From: a virus
Virus record (IMG/VR): IMGVR_UViG_3300010367_000050
Location: 16,509 to 80,508 of that record
DNA: 64,000 bases
Strand: one strand, 5' to 3'
Positions 39,538 to 48,760 of the stretch are shown piece by piece. Positions within the stretch are counted from its first letter, which is position 1. The number at the start of each line of letters is the position of its first letter. The notes beneath the pieces were generated by a model. That model ran no database searches. It saw nothing but the letters and a program-made list of their open reading frames with translations, and was not told where the DNA came from. The position numbers and the translations under genes were made by a program.

Positions 39538-39976
39538 TAACAGTGAGTTCCAACTTGTTGCCGCTTCCAGAACACAACATCACAACTATGTCGGGGGCTT
39601 GGAAGAGCACACCGCAGAAGTGCTCCAATTTGGAGTGAAACAGATAGGCGTTGATCCCGTATTTGTTGTGGCTGCAATCTGGCACGACTTCGCCAAGATT
39701 TTTGAATACGAGTTCATAACAGCCGACGAGACAAGTGCTGACCTTGTTGTTGTTTCCAAACCTTACAGAGACCTTATAGGACACATTGTGGGCAGCTACA
39801 CAGAATTCGTACAAGTAGCTCAGTCCTTCGGCTACCCTGATTCGTTCATAGCCAGCGTTGGTCACTGTATATTGGCTCACCACGGCAGAAAAGAATGGGG
39901 TTCTCCAGTAGAACCCAGAACTCCAGAAGCCTGGATGCTACACTCTTGCGACATGATGTCTGCGCAGCGCAAGTAA
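39455..39976 (+). CDS. HD-domain hydrolase, YhaM/Cbf1-like
   Basis: HHNYVGGLEEHT, HDFAK, ILAHHG..EWGSP..P.TPEA. Confidence 0.88.
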   Translation: MSQSRQYLLSIVAQLPEHFRKLCRHVVDNSEFQLVAASRTQHHNYVGGLEEHTAEVLQFGVKQIGVDPVFVVAAIWHDFAKIFEYEFITADETSADLVVVSKPYRDLIGHIVGSYTEFVQVAQSFGYPDSFIASVGHCILAHHGRKEWGSPVEPRTPEAWMLHSCDMMSAQRK

Positions 39977-40020
39977 ACCTTTTAGACTTCACAACCGTTA
40001 CAGTACTACAGGAGAATTTC

Positions 40021-40404
40021 ATGAAATTCGCGTCATGCGCTATGTTCCTATTGTTAGCTGTGTCGTCCATCGCTCAAACTCCGACTGCCAAACCGAGCCC
40101 CAAAACGCCAAATACACAGACTGCTTCAACTCAATCTGTCGATGGCCAAGATCGAGCTCAGCTGCTTCAGCAAGCTTCAGCCATGTACCGCGAGAATGTG
40201 ATGCTGAAGATGAAGCTCAACAAAGAACGCCTCTTGCGCCTTCAAGAGCAAGCTCTGCCGCTACAACAAGAGCGCCAGGAAATGATTCAGGAACTCAACC
40301 AGTCCAACCCCGGTTATCACTGGGATGAAGGCTCGGAGTCTATGGTGAAGAACCCCGAACCCGAAAAGCCTGCTCCGGCTCCCGCGCCGCCTGCCACGAA
40401 ATAA
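40021..40404 (+). CDS. Secreted protein with signal peptide and coiled coil
   Basis: AGGAG SD; MKFASCAMFLLLAVSSIA-Q leader. Confidence 0.75.
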   Translation: MKFASCAMFLLLAVSSIAQTPTAKPSPKTPNTQTASTQSVDGQDRAQLLQQASAMYRENVMLKMKLNKERLLRLQEQALPLQQERQEMIQELNQSNPGYHWDEGSESMVKNPEPEKPAPAPAPPATK

Positions 40405-40424
40405 CGATTCTTCTCTCATTGTTA

Positions 40425-40472
40425 CGGGGTGCCATGGTTTCCGGAAGGGGAACGGGCACCCCGAATCCTTTT
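40425..40472 (+). terminator. Long hairpin, terminator-like
   Basis: CGGGGTGCC...GGCACCCCG with an inner stem, followed by AATCCTTTT. Confidence 0.55.
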
Positions 40473-40499
40473 AGCAATTCTCAGCGCAACGGAGCGATA

Positions 40500-40925
40500 A
40501 TGCACAGAGTACCCTTCACCAAGCACCATGTTAGGCTCTTTCTGGATGCCAAACTAACAGAATTGAGCACTAAGAAAGCCAGACTTGGACTAGTGATTGA
40601 TCTATCCAACAATGAGCACATTCAAACTGAGATTGATCGTACCCAAGCTCAAATAGCTGTTTTGGAGTCCGTCAGGGGAGCCATTGTGGGTCCCAGAACC
40701 TCCCTCAAGCCTTTGAACACAAGACTTTGCCGGTTCACCCGAGACGGCAGCACCTGTGGGCGACCTATCGCACCTCACAACAAGACTGGAATCTGCACCT
40801 ACTGTTGGAAGCGTAACTCTGAAGGTGTAAATAACCTGTTGGCTTCCGAAGGGTGGGACAGAGAAGATCCAAGTACACACTATAAAGACAAGAGCTTACT
40901 GGGTCTTCCGTCTCGCCTACAATAA
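40500..40925 (+). CDS. Hypothetical Zn-finger protein
   Basis: GGAG SD; C..CGRPI...ICTYC. Confidence 0.65.
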   Translation: MHRVPFTKHHVRLFLDAKLTELSTKKARLGLVIDLSNNEHIQTEIDRTQAQIAVLESVRGAIVGPRTSLKPLNTRLCRFTRDGSTCGRPIAPHNKTGICTYCWKRNSEGVNNLLASEGWDREDPSTHYKDKSLLGLPSRLQ

Positions 40926-40929
40926 TAGC

Positions 40930-41223
40930 ATGAACCGGCCTCCAGTACAAGTAACCTTTGGCAAGATAAACCACATCGATGAGGCTGATAAGCACCCTGA
41001 CGAGCAGTTCCAACATGCGCTGGACTGGGCCACCGGAGACAACACTCCAGGCATGTGGCGGAAAGACGAATTCAAGCCAGAAAGCGACTGTGGACTGTGG
41101 TACATAGTCAAGTTTTCGTTCCTCGTTTACATCATCGGGTGTGGTACAGCCCTGAATGAAGTGCTAAACGACATTACGGCCAAGTACGGGCCTGTGAGAG
41201 AATGGATTCAATTAGGAGATTGA
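40930..41223 (+). CDS. Hypothetical protein
   Basis: 97 aa in a tightly packed plus-strand operon. Confidence 0.6.
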   Translation: MNRPPVQVTFGKINHIDEADKHPDEQFQHALDWATGDNTPGMWRKDEFKPESDCGLWYIVKFSFLVYIIGCGTALNEVLNDITAKYGPVREWIQLGD

Positions 41224-41487
41224 ATGGACAGTATTGAACTCGACAAACAAAAGATCATCGACGGGCTGCGTATACAGGAAACCCCTGTATCGGCCAGCAA
41301 TACAGACTGCGCGCATCCCGAAATTCAACCAAGGTTCGTGAGCCATATGTTCGATGGACCTACTGTTGTACTGATGGGCTACACCTGTCTCAAATGCAAA
41401 CATACCTTTGACGTTTGCCACGCTTGCACGGCTACCATTGGGCTCCCGGCTTTCCATGTTGGAGGCGACAAATGGCACAACAGCTAA
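41224..41487 (+). CDS. Hypothetical Cys-rich protein
   Basis: AGGAG SD; CLKC, CHAC. Confidence 0.65.
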   Translation: MDSIELDKQKIIDGLRIQETPVSASNTDCAHPEIQPRFVSHMFDGPTVVLMGYTCLKCKHTFDVCHACTATIGLPAFHVGGDKWHNS

Positions 41488-41915
41488 TCTCGTATGTAAC
41501 AGGATTCATGGTGTGCTGTGGAAAGGTCTTGCTTATCAATAAGGTACGACCAGTTTGGCAAGAAGGACTGGCAAATGGGGTGGGCGGTAAGATCGAACCA
41601 AATGAAACCCCGTTACAAGCCATGATAAGAGAATTCCAAGAAGAAACAGGGTATCATCAACCTGTTTGGGAAGAGTTCTGCGAACTCAGCGACGGGGCAA
41701 ATTTCAAAGTTCACTTTTTCGTTTGTGTATTGCCGTTTCAACCCAAGGTAAGATCAGTCACTGACGAGACAGTATTCTGGGTTGACCACAGTCCATTTCC
41801 TCCCGGTACATTTGTAATTCCTAATCTGAGATGGTTACTGCCCATGGCGTTCAATAGACTAGACGCAAGGCACACTATCGAGAAATTCACTGTCCTAGAA
41901 CAAGTGCGAAGGTAA
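41472..41915 (+). CDS. Nudix hydrolase
   Basis: GGKIEPNETPLQAMIREFQEETG Nudix box; GGAGG SD. Confidence 0.92.
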   Translation: MAQQLISYVTGFMVCCGKVLLINKVRPVWQEGLANGVGGKIEPNETPLQAMIREFQEETGYHQPVWEEFCELSDGANFKVHFFVCVLPFQPKVRSVTDETVFWVDHSPFPPGTFVIPNLRWLLPMAFNRLDARHTIEKFTVLEQVRR

Positions 41916-41917
41916 CT

Positions 41918-42148
41918 ATGCGTCCTGACCTGGAGATCGTCAACGGCAGACCGAAACAGCGCAAGCTTACACCAAAACAGAAATACATCAACAAATATCG
42001 TGAAGAGGCTCTGAAGGAACTCAAATGCCACATACATGTTACTGGCAGTAACTCTGACGTGGTAGCTTGTGTCAGAGCCGTGATGAGGTTTACAGAGACT
42101 ATGTGGCCGGGCGTTTGGAGTGAGGATGATCGTTTATCGCAAGACTGA
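41918..42148 (+). CDS. Hypothetical protein
   Basis: 76 aa, operon packing. Confidence 0.6.
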   Translation: MRPDLEIVNGRPKQRKLTPKQKYINKYREEALKELKCHIHVTGSNSDVVACVRAVMRFTETMWPGVWSEDDRLSQD

Positions 42149-42588
42149 CGTTGGGAAGATAGTGTTTCATGGATCGTCTTCTGTGTTTGATGAATCCATA
42201 GCGCAAGGCTGGAAGGGCACAGTTCATGTAACTGATGTACCCCGTCTTGCGGTTATGGAGGCTGTATGGAAGTGCTCTGGAGATGGGTCGCATATAGATG
42301 ACTCTCTCAAGAAAGTACACGTTGGTGGGCGTCCTACTCTCTACATGCTTGTTGTCAATCCACGCAAACTACGTTGGGATGACGCATGGTGTAAAGAAGA
42401 CGGACCCCCACTTTTGCTGGTCGTTACCGGCTTCTGCCATTTGGGATACAGTAAAGTTAGACCGCGCGTGCTTGAAACAATTGATACAGGAGTTGTTGGA
42501 GAAACGCACGTACCACGACTACAACAAGATTACACTTATCAACGACACCGAAAGTCTGAATCAGATACGTGTGGTCCAAGGAGAATAA
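42126..42588 (+). pseudogene. Hypothetical gene apparently broken by one extra C in the C5 run at 42405-42409
   Basis: Removing one C joins MIVYRK...WCKEDG to PHFCWSLPAS...VVQGE and fills the gap to the next gene; span is 3n+1. Confidence 0.55.
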
Positions 42589-42591
42589 CAC

Positions 42592-43611
42592 ATGTCGCAA
42601 AGCCCCTACGCATCCTGGCTTCCTCCCCTTGCACGCATGACGAAGTCATTCCTGAAACAGAACATTCCTGGTACCAAACGCACCTATGCTGTGACTTCCA
42701 ACAAATTCACAGCCCTTGGAAGCGCCGCAATAACCGGACTCAACACTCCCGGTGTTGGCAATGGAGTTGCTATCATAACTGGTCCTGGACCATACCAAGG
42801 TAAGCAGGCGCGCAGGTTGTCTGTTATGGCTCCAGATGGTCAACAAGCCAATGGAATTGCCTACACTATGTTGGACGCCACTATGGGCCTGCCACCGTCT
42901 GCTACTGTTTCCAATGGCGCACTCATTATCACAGCCGCTGTAGACAGTGTCAACGCCGATGGCTCTGTGAATATGAGAGTTACAGCTACCAATGTAAACG
43001 CGGTTCAGCTGTACGTTAGCAACAAGCTGATCACACAACAGGACTACAAAGGTTCCCCAATAAATTTCACCATCAACACGCAAGGGAACAATAATGTCGG
43101 GTTCCAGGGATGGAACGGGAACAACAGCGTACTTGTAAACGTGCAAGTGTCGGTAAACGTCCCTATCCTTCCCGACATCAAGAGCGGAACAATCAGAGGC
43201 AGTTTCCTTGCAGACAAAATGCCACAAGCGTTCGAGTTCCTTCTGGAACTGCAGATGAACGGGTGGAATGCTCCTGTAAGTGGGCAGATTAGGCCAACCA
43301 CGTTCCACGAATGGAAGGATGAAACAACAGAATGGGTAGATGTTGGTATCGACACCGGATTTGTTCCAGGACAGTGGAACACATTCGAGCTTCATGCCTC
43401 ATTCGATATGGCCAACCGCAAGTACTACTATGAGTGGTTGTACATCAACGATGTTCCTGTATTCATCGACCGTCACGTGGGGTACAACTACACTCCAGCA
43501 GTCATGCCTAACAGAGAGCCCAAGAACGGAACTGGAATCTATGTCGCTGTTCAACAGGACTGGGTAGGTGCTGTATGGGTTGCCGATCTGGAGATTGACA
43601 TTTACAGCTAA
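42592..43611 (+). CDS. Beta-rich hypothetical protein (Ig-like plus lectin/concanavalin-like)
   Basis: 339 aa, AAGGAG SD; PGQWNTFEL...YEWLYINDV...WVADLEI. Confidence 0.7.
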   Translation: MSQSPYASWLPPLARMTKSFLKQNIPGTKRTYAVTSNKFTALGSAAITGLNTPGVGNGVAIITGPGPYQGKQARRLSVMAPDGQQANGIAYTMLDATMGLPPSATVSNGALIITAAVDSVNADGSVNMRVTATNVNAVQLYVSNKLITQQDYKGSPINFTINTQGNNNVGFQGWNGNNSVLVNVQVSVNVPILPDIKSGTIRGSFLADKMPQAFEFLLELQMNGWNAPVSGQIRPTTFHEWKDETTEWVDVGIDTGFVPGQWNTFELHASFDMANRKYYYEWLYINDVPVFIDRHVGYNYTPAVMPNREPKNGTGIYVAVQQDWVGAVWVADLEIDIYS

Positions 43612-43619
43612 CAACTCAG

Positions 43620-43659
43620 GGCTATCCTTGGTAACAATACAGGGATAGCCTATTCTTTT
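43620..43659 (+). terminator. Intrinsic terminator
   Basis: GGCTATCCTTG-N9-CAGGGATAGCC then TATTCTTTT. Confidence 0.7.
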
Positions 43660-43746
43660 GGAGGCATAGATGCCTGAAGAATGACATATCAGGCAGGTGC
43701 GACGCGGGACCACATCCGGTTAGTGAAACCACCAGCTGCGTAGACT

Positions 43747-44127
43747 GTGGCAAGGAACTACACTGGAAAGATGGGAATTGGTGGACATGGGATGCAGACT
43801 TATTTCCTCACAAGGAGCCACAACACGGAGGAACTCCAAGGAGAGACAATGCCAAAGTGGAATAGGTACAACCGCAAAGATCACGTCATACAGTATGCAC
43901 TGATGACACCCAGGGCTTGGATACAGGGTCAGCCTGACTTCAACAGTAGATGGTGGTCCGGAGACCATAATGGAGCTTCGCATTGTATACTCATGAGAGA
44001 TGATGGAAAGCTCATGGCTGTAACCTGTGATGAAGCTAGGCAGTACGGATGGGAAACAGCCATGATGTATGACTTTGGAAAGAACCCTGTAATCGTCAAG
44101 CACATGTACGTGAGGATGGTAATATGA
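43747..44127 (+). CDS. Hypothetical protein (start uncertain)
   Basis: ORF whose stop overlaps the next ATG. Confidence 0.55.
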   Translation: MARNYTGKMGIGGHGMQTYFLTRSHNTEELQGETMPKWNRYNRKDHVIQYALMTPRAWIQGQPDFNSRWWSGDHNGASHCILMRDDGKLMAVTCDEARQYGWETAMMYDFGKNPVIVKHMYVRMVI

Positions 44128-44378
44128 CAATGTGGAACAAGTTCAAGACCAAGCTACGCCTGTGGTGGAACGGCCGTTGCCCAGGGTGTTACATAAATGA
44201 TGGCGTTATCATGGCGTTGGACTCCAGAGGCAAGTGTATTCGTTGTACCGATGGGAACGGCAACAGCAAGCAAGACCCTGGTGAGGTATCTCCAATTGTG
44301 ACTTGGCTTGAAAACGCAAGAACAAATGACGACAAGCCGGGTCCAACTCCACGCCCCAGGAACAAGCAAGGATATTGA
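44124..44378 (+). CDS. Hypothetical Zn-ribbon protein
   Basis: CPGC...CIRC. Confidence 0.6.
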   Translation: MTMWNKFKTKLRLWWNGRCPGCYINDGVIMALDSRGKCIRCTDGNGNSKQDPGEVSPIVTWLENARTNDDKPGPTPRPRNKQGY

Positions 44379-44475
44379 CGTCTATTGGGCAATTTTCCAC
44401 TAAAAATTTTATTCAACATTACCTCCTGTCTACAAGAAGGAGTTAGTCTATCCCCTAGAGGGAGAGGAGAGTGAG

Positions 44476-44700
44476 ATGACTGTTGTGAGTCCCAATCCCG
44501 TTGTGGTTGTGTCTGTTATGGGCGTTGTATTGTCCAGTCTTGTCCTTTGTGCCCGTGGAATTCATATGGCAGTGACAGATTGGCCCAATACCCGCCATGT
44601 TGTACGGATTGTGTTCATCTTGTTGGTGACACTGTTGTCAGTTTTGTTATTGGATGTGTTTGTCATTTGTTGGCATAGTCTTGTGGGGATACAGCAGTGA
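44476..44700 (+). CDS. Small two-TM membrane protein
   Basis: Two hydrophobic segments; GAGGAG SD. Confidence 0.55.
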   Translation: MTVVSPNPVVVVSVMGVVLSSLVLCARGIHMAVTDWPNTRHVVRIVFILLVTLLSVLLLDVFVICWHSLVGIQQ

Positions 44701-44887
44701 TTGACAAGGCGTATCCACGGTTGAAATCCATAATGACAGGCAAGTGGTATGTTGTACTTATGAAGCGGCCACGGTGGTCGTGGGAAACTACTGGAGCTTG
44801 GAATGTCTATGGAGTTAGCATGGGCATTCGCACATCGCTATCTGTACGTGCAGCGTAGTACTCCCCCTAGGGAAGAGGGAGGGAGCC

Positions 44888-45094
44888 TTGGGAAATAGTA
44901 TCAGCGCTGTATCAGTTGCAATGGTAGCGTGTACGGTGTGTGCTCTCTTGTCTGCTAACACGGCTTCACGCCTGTACAAGAGAGGTGGAGACGGTATGGA
45001 CGCTTGGATTACAGTTACAGCGATCATGTTGATGTCTGTCTTTGGCTTTGCATCCTTGTTATTGATGGGGGCGGTGTTGTCGTTATGTCTGTGA
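44888..45094 (+). CDS. Small two-TM membrane protein
   Basis: Two hydrophobic segments; purine-rich SD-like run. Confidence 0.45.
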   Translation: MGNSISAVSVAMVACTVCALLSANTASRLYKRGGDGMDAWITVTAIMLMSVFGFASLLLMGAVLSLCL

Positions 45095-45781
45095 ATAGCT
45101 TGATCTGCACGGTTGGAGTGGCTTCCTTGGGTATCCTGTTGGAGAGTCGTGTCTTCAAGGACAGGGTGCTTGTCTCCATGGATGTGTTGTGTGTTGTGGC
45201 TATGTTGTTGCTCCTGTCGTATTGGAGCCTGGTCCATTCTGCTATGCATGTTTGTACCGAGTTGTTGTGGAGGATATATGTGGCTCTTGGGTGATGTATT
45301 GGCGTCTTATGTCAAAATTTGTGTTTGCGAGGTTGGGCAGCCAGTTTCCGCACGTCCTGAGTGCTGAGCCTGGGAGGCCATGGGGAGGTGTGGGGCCCCT
45401 TGTGTGCTGTGTGTCAGCGGCTGTGCTCCGATGCATTCAGTCAAGCTACAAGCACAACAGACAACTGGGCACGTGGGAAACAACCTCAAAGCCCAGAGAC
45501 GCAATCCTACGGAGGGGATTCTAGGGAGCAGGTGCTGTTCTCTGGACTTGTCTCTATGGGAACTGTAGGGACTATCAGGACTGGTCTCTGCTCCCTCCCT
45601 AGGGGCTTTCTAGAGCAATACACAGACGGTTGTGGGTCCCAGTTACAACAAGGAATGGACTAGGTGGGATTCTCAACACGAGGCTGTACTCTCCTGTGTT
45701 CACTCCCATGCGTCCCTCCCTAGGGGTAGCTAGAGGGTATTTCTAACAGTACTTGCAGACGCTGGTCAGTTCTGACAATAC

Positions 45782-45804
45782 AAAAGGCACCCCGAAAGGT
45801 GCCT
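45782..45804 (-). terminator. Terminator closing the minus-strand early operon
   Basis: Minus strand AGGCACCT-TTCG-GGGTGCCT-TTT. Confidence 0.8.
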
Positions 45805-45830
45805 AGTGGCGCTGCGATCTGAGCTGTGTA

Positions 45831-46107
45831 CTATAGGCTGGGCGTAGTTCGTCCAGCTGTAAAACTGCAATGGTTGCCCGTTCCGATGGGATGCCGATGG
45901 CCGCAATAGCAAGGATATGTACTGTTGATGTGCGCCCTCATGGCGATGGCTGTGTTGACTGCGTCTTGCGCGTCATTCGTGAAGTAGACCGCTGGATGCT
46001 GCCAACCTTTGTCCCACTCTTGGAGACGTACCTGGAATTCCCCTTCGACGACTCGGATAACTTACGCCGTGCTCTTTCGCGATTGCTTTTGCCTGAGCCT
46101 GTGTCAT
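45831..46107 (-). pseudogene. Hypothetical gene with one apparent extra base near 46062
   Basis: GGGAG SD; MTQAQAKAIAKEHGV joins VIRVVEGEFQVRL...YFTNDAQDAVNTAIAM in the +1 frame; span is 3n+1. Confidence 0.55.
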
Positions 46108-46136
46108 AAATGTCTCCCTGCCGCGTTCCTATCGGA

Positions 46137-46232
46137 CTAAAGGTTGGAGGCTTCGCTGAGGTTGGACCGTACTTCGAGGGTTACAAAGACGGCTGCGATG
46201 ACGATGAGGTATGCGATAAAAAGGTGTTCCAT
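46137..46232 (-). CDS. 31 aa single-TM peptide
   Basis: AAGGAG SD; MEHLFIAYLIVIAAVFVTLEVRSNLSEASNL. Confidence 0.6.
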   Translation of the reverse strand: MEHLFIAYLIVIAAVFVTLEVRSNLSEASNL

Positions 46233-46292
46233 AAAATTGTCTCCTTTGAGCTTTGAGGGACAGGGGAGTCGTACGGACCTCCCCTCCGGACC

Positions 46293-46877
46293 CTACTTGA
46301 CGCTGAGGTTGTACTGCGAGAGAACCTTGGCGTACTTCCCGGCTTGGCGCTTCGGGCTGATACCGCGAAGGTCTTTGAGGATTCCCTTGCCGAGGGCCTC
46401 TACTGCCTTGTTGAGGGATTCGTCCTTGACGGAGATGACTCCGCTGTCCTCGTTGACGTTGAGCTCCAAACCGCGTGAGGCGTGATAGGTACCGATCGAA
46501 CGCTTGATGTCGCTGAAGAATACGCTGGCCGTGGTCTTCTTGCGGCGGTTGTCTCCGTCCGTACCGTCGCTGAACTTTGCGAGGAAGGAGTCAATAATCT
46601 CCTTCTTGGTCGAAGTACCGGCGATGAGGAGTTCGCTGAGGAAACCCGTTTCGGTGGCCGCGCCGAATCCGAGTGCGTTGAGCTCGCGTGCCGGAGTTGC
46701 TTCCGTGGTGGTTTCGGTCTCGGTGGACTCTTCGGTAGGCGCGGGTGTCTCTTCCGGGGTTACGTTGACCGGAACGAGTTCGTTGGACTCGACGGTATCG
46801 ACCGTTTCGATGGTCTCTTCCGCTACGGCTACGTGCTGTTCGATGCTCTTGGACGACTTGCGAATCTTCTTCGACAT
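46293..46877 (-). CDS. Early protein with acidic N-terminal arm; paralogue of 52338..52913
   Basis: AAGGAG SD and own promoter; GF...TET...FSDIK...GTYHASRGL. Confidence 0.85.
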   Translation of the reverse strand: MSKKIRKSSKSIEQHVAVAEETIETVDTVESNELVPVNVTPEETPAPTEESTETETTTEATPARELNALGFGAATETGFLSELLIAGTSTKKEIIDSFLAKFSDGTDGDNRRKKTTASVFFSDIKRSIGTYHASRGLELNVNEDSGVISVKDESLNKAVEALGKGILKDLRGISPKRQAGKYAKVLSQYNLSVK

Positions 46878-46970
46878 TTTTGTTCTCCTTCCCCGGTATC
46901 CGCCGGAGTTCGGGTTAGAGGTTTCGCGTGGACTTCGGTTGCTTCCGTTGCCCTTTCGATTACAAATACA

Positions 46971-46999
46971 AGGTTATCGTAGTTTCGGACTAAAGTAAA
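46971..46999 (-). promoter_or_regulatory. Sigma70-like promoter with upstream A/T tracts
   Basis: TTTACT-N17-TAACCT. Confidence 0.65.
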
Positions 47000-47843
47000 G
47001 CGAAAAACGAACTATTTTTCATTTATTTCGTCAGCGGAAGGGTCCGAACTGCCGCGAACGTATCGGACTATATAAGAGAAAGAGACCCACCGATTGCTCT
47101 GAACCCATCCTAGCGCGATTACGGGGTATTCTCATTTCACCACGCTTACCCTTGGAGACTAGCCTTTGCGTTGCACCTAGGTGTATCCTAGACGTATATG
47201 GTTTTTCATAGATTTTTGAAGAGTCTATGGGATATGAAAGCCACCTATGAGAAATGGTATCACTATTAGGAACTGGCGAGACGGTATCGGACGTTTATTA
47301 ACGCCCATCTCCATCGCTCATAGAGAATCGCCGTTCGCTAATGCGATTCGCCAAATGCCATTCGCCAATCCTCATTCACATCGGTCATACGCGCAGGGCC
47401 ATTTTCAACGCCCAGGCCGACTGGCTCTACGCAAATTGCGTAGACTAAAAAGTGGATAACATGTTGTGATGGGGAGGGCTTTGTAGCGTCTCGATCTAGG
47501 GAAGTCTCCGTGTCCGATAGAGTCCCGAGCCTTGAGGAACCTTACAGAAGAGTTTTCTCTGAGAATCGCGGAAACTTTTTTCGAGGGGTAAGAGATGTAC
47601 TCGGGATAACTTGTCGAAACCAAGATGCAAGCTTCACGAGGTCTTCGATTGTAGGATACCCGCGTTGACGTACACAGAAAGCGCAGTAAGCAAATCCGCA
47701 GCGATTCTTCTGATGATCTCTCCACATAGCCGGATAGTCATTCTGTAACTGTTCCTGCGTAGGCTCCGGGGCAGCATTTGAACTACAATTCTTCAGGTCC
47801 ATCGCTCTCATTCTCTTATGGGGGAGGTGGTTTATTTTTGAAA

Positions 47844-48155
47844 TCAGTCGCAGGAAGTTTCTGTTACTTTATAGCTGCCCCCAACGGTAATCACCTTGCC
47901 ACCGTTGAAGTTGTCCTTGAACGTGATTGTACCGTTGTCGTTGAAGTACACGTGCTCCGTGTATCCCAAGCTCAAGAATCCATAGTTGATCAGGTAGCAC
48001 TTTGTTGGTGGGGCCGGGTGCTGTTGCGGCACGATCTCAGTTTTCTGTAATTGTTCATCCTGCTTATCAAACGCTATGGCTGCCAGACCGCTTCCAAGGG
48101 CGACTATTACCACCAGAAGCAACCCTCTCATAAGTGACTTGTCGTCTACGCTCAT
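47844..48155 (-). CDS. Membrane-anchored hypothetical protein
   Basis: N-terminal hydrophobic helix. Confidence 0.65.
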   Translation of the reverse strand: MSVDDKSLMRGLLLVVIVALGSGLAAIAFDKQDEQLQKTEIVPQQHPAPPTKCYLINYGFLSLGYTEHVYFNDNGTITFKDNFNGGKVITVGGSYKVTETSCD

Positions 48156-48476
48156 AGGTTCTCCCAGATGTCATCAAAGATAGAGGCAAGGCAGTATTGG
48201 TCCTTAGTGCAAGGAGAATGTTCCGAGAGGAACTTGTCCCGTTCTTCCTCTTCACCGTCAGCAATAAGCTCAAGCTGCTCTTTTGTAAGAGTTTTCAGCC
48301 AGTTCTCAAGGCGTACAAAGATCATCGAGGTACACGCCCTCAGCGCCCAGTGCTTCGTCCATAACTTTCTCGATGCGCTGAACAGCGTCAGGCTCTTCAC
48401 GGTTGATCATTCCCGCTGACTGGGCCATACTCAACGTAACTTCCCATATCAGCGGGAATCGATCTTTGTTGGACAT
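48152..48476 (-). pseudogene. Hypothetical gene with one apparent extra base at 48317-48319
   Basis: MSNKDRFPL...VYLDDL joins VRLENWLKTL...IWENL in the +1 frame; span is 3n+1. Confidence 0.6.
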
Positions 48477-48481
48477 GCTTT

Positions 48482-48745
48482 CTACTCCTCATCAATCTCG
48501 TTCTTCAGAGTATCCCAAAAGTCGTTCTCAGAAACCCTGTTCATATCAATCATGAACTCGGTTCCGGTCTTCTCTCGGGATTTGACTACGTGGACAGAAA
48601 ACTTGCTATGTGGCAAGTTTCTGACAGGCGGAACGATGATTGTCTCACCGTCCAGGATAGCTTTCTTGGCATCCTCGAAGGACATTCCAAGTATGTTGAC
48701 TTCTTTACTCATAACAACACCTCGTGTGGGAGAAAAGTACTGCAA
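48482..48745 (-). CDS. Hypothetical protein (likely start at MSKEV)
   Basis: GAGGTG SD before the internal ATG. Confidence 0.6.
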   Translation of the reverse strand: MQYFSPTRGVVMSKEVNILGMSFEDAKKAILDGETIIVPPVRNLPHSKFSVHVVKSREKTGTEFMIDMNRVSENDFWDTLKNEIDEE

Positions 48746-48760
48746 TACTACAGTCTTAGT

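Noticed and set aside
45294-47800. tRNA or other known structured RNA in the non-coding zones
   Set aside because: No cloverleaf or T-loop signature recognised by eye; tRNAscan-SE and Infernal were not run.
48310-48330. CTT-T site as a second programmed +1 frameshift
   Set aside because: No adjacent stop codon or upstream SD; better explained as an indel.
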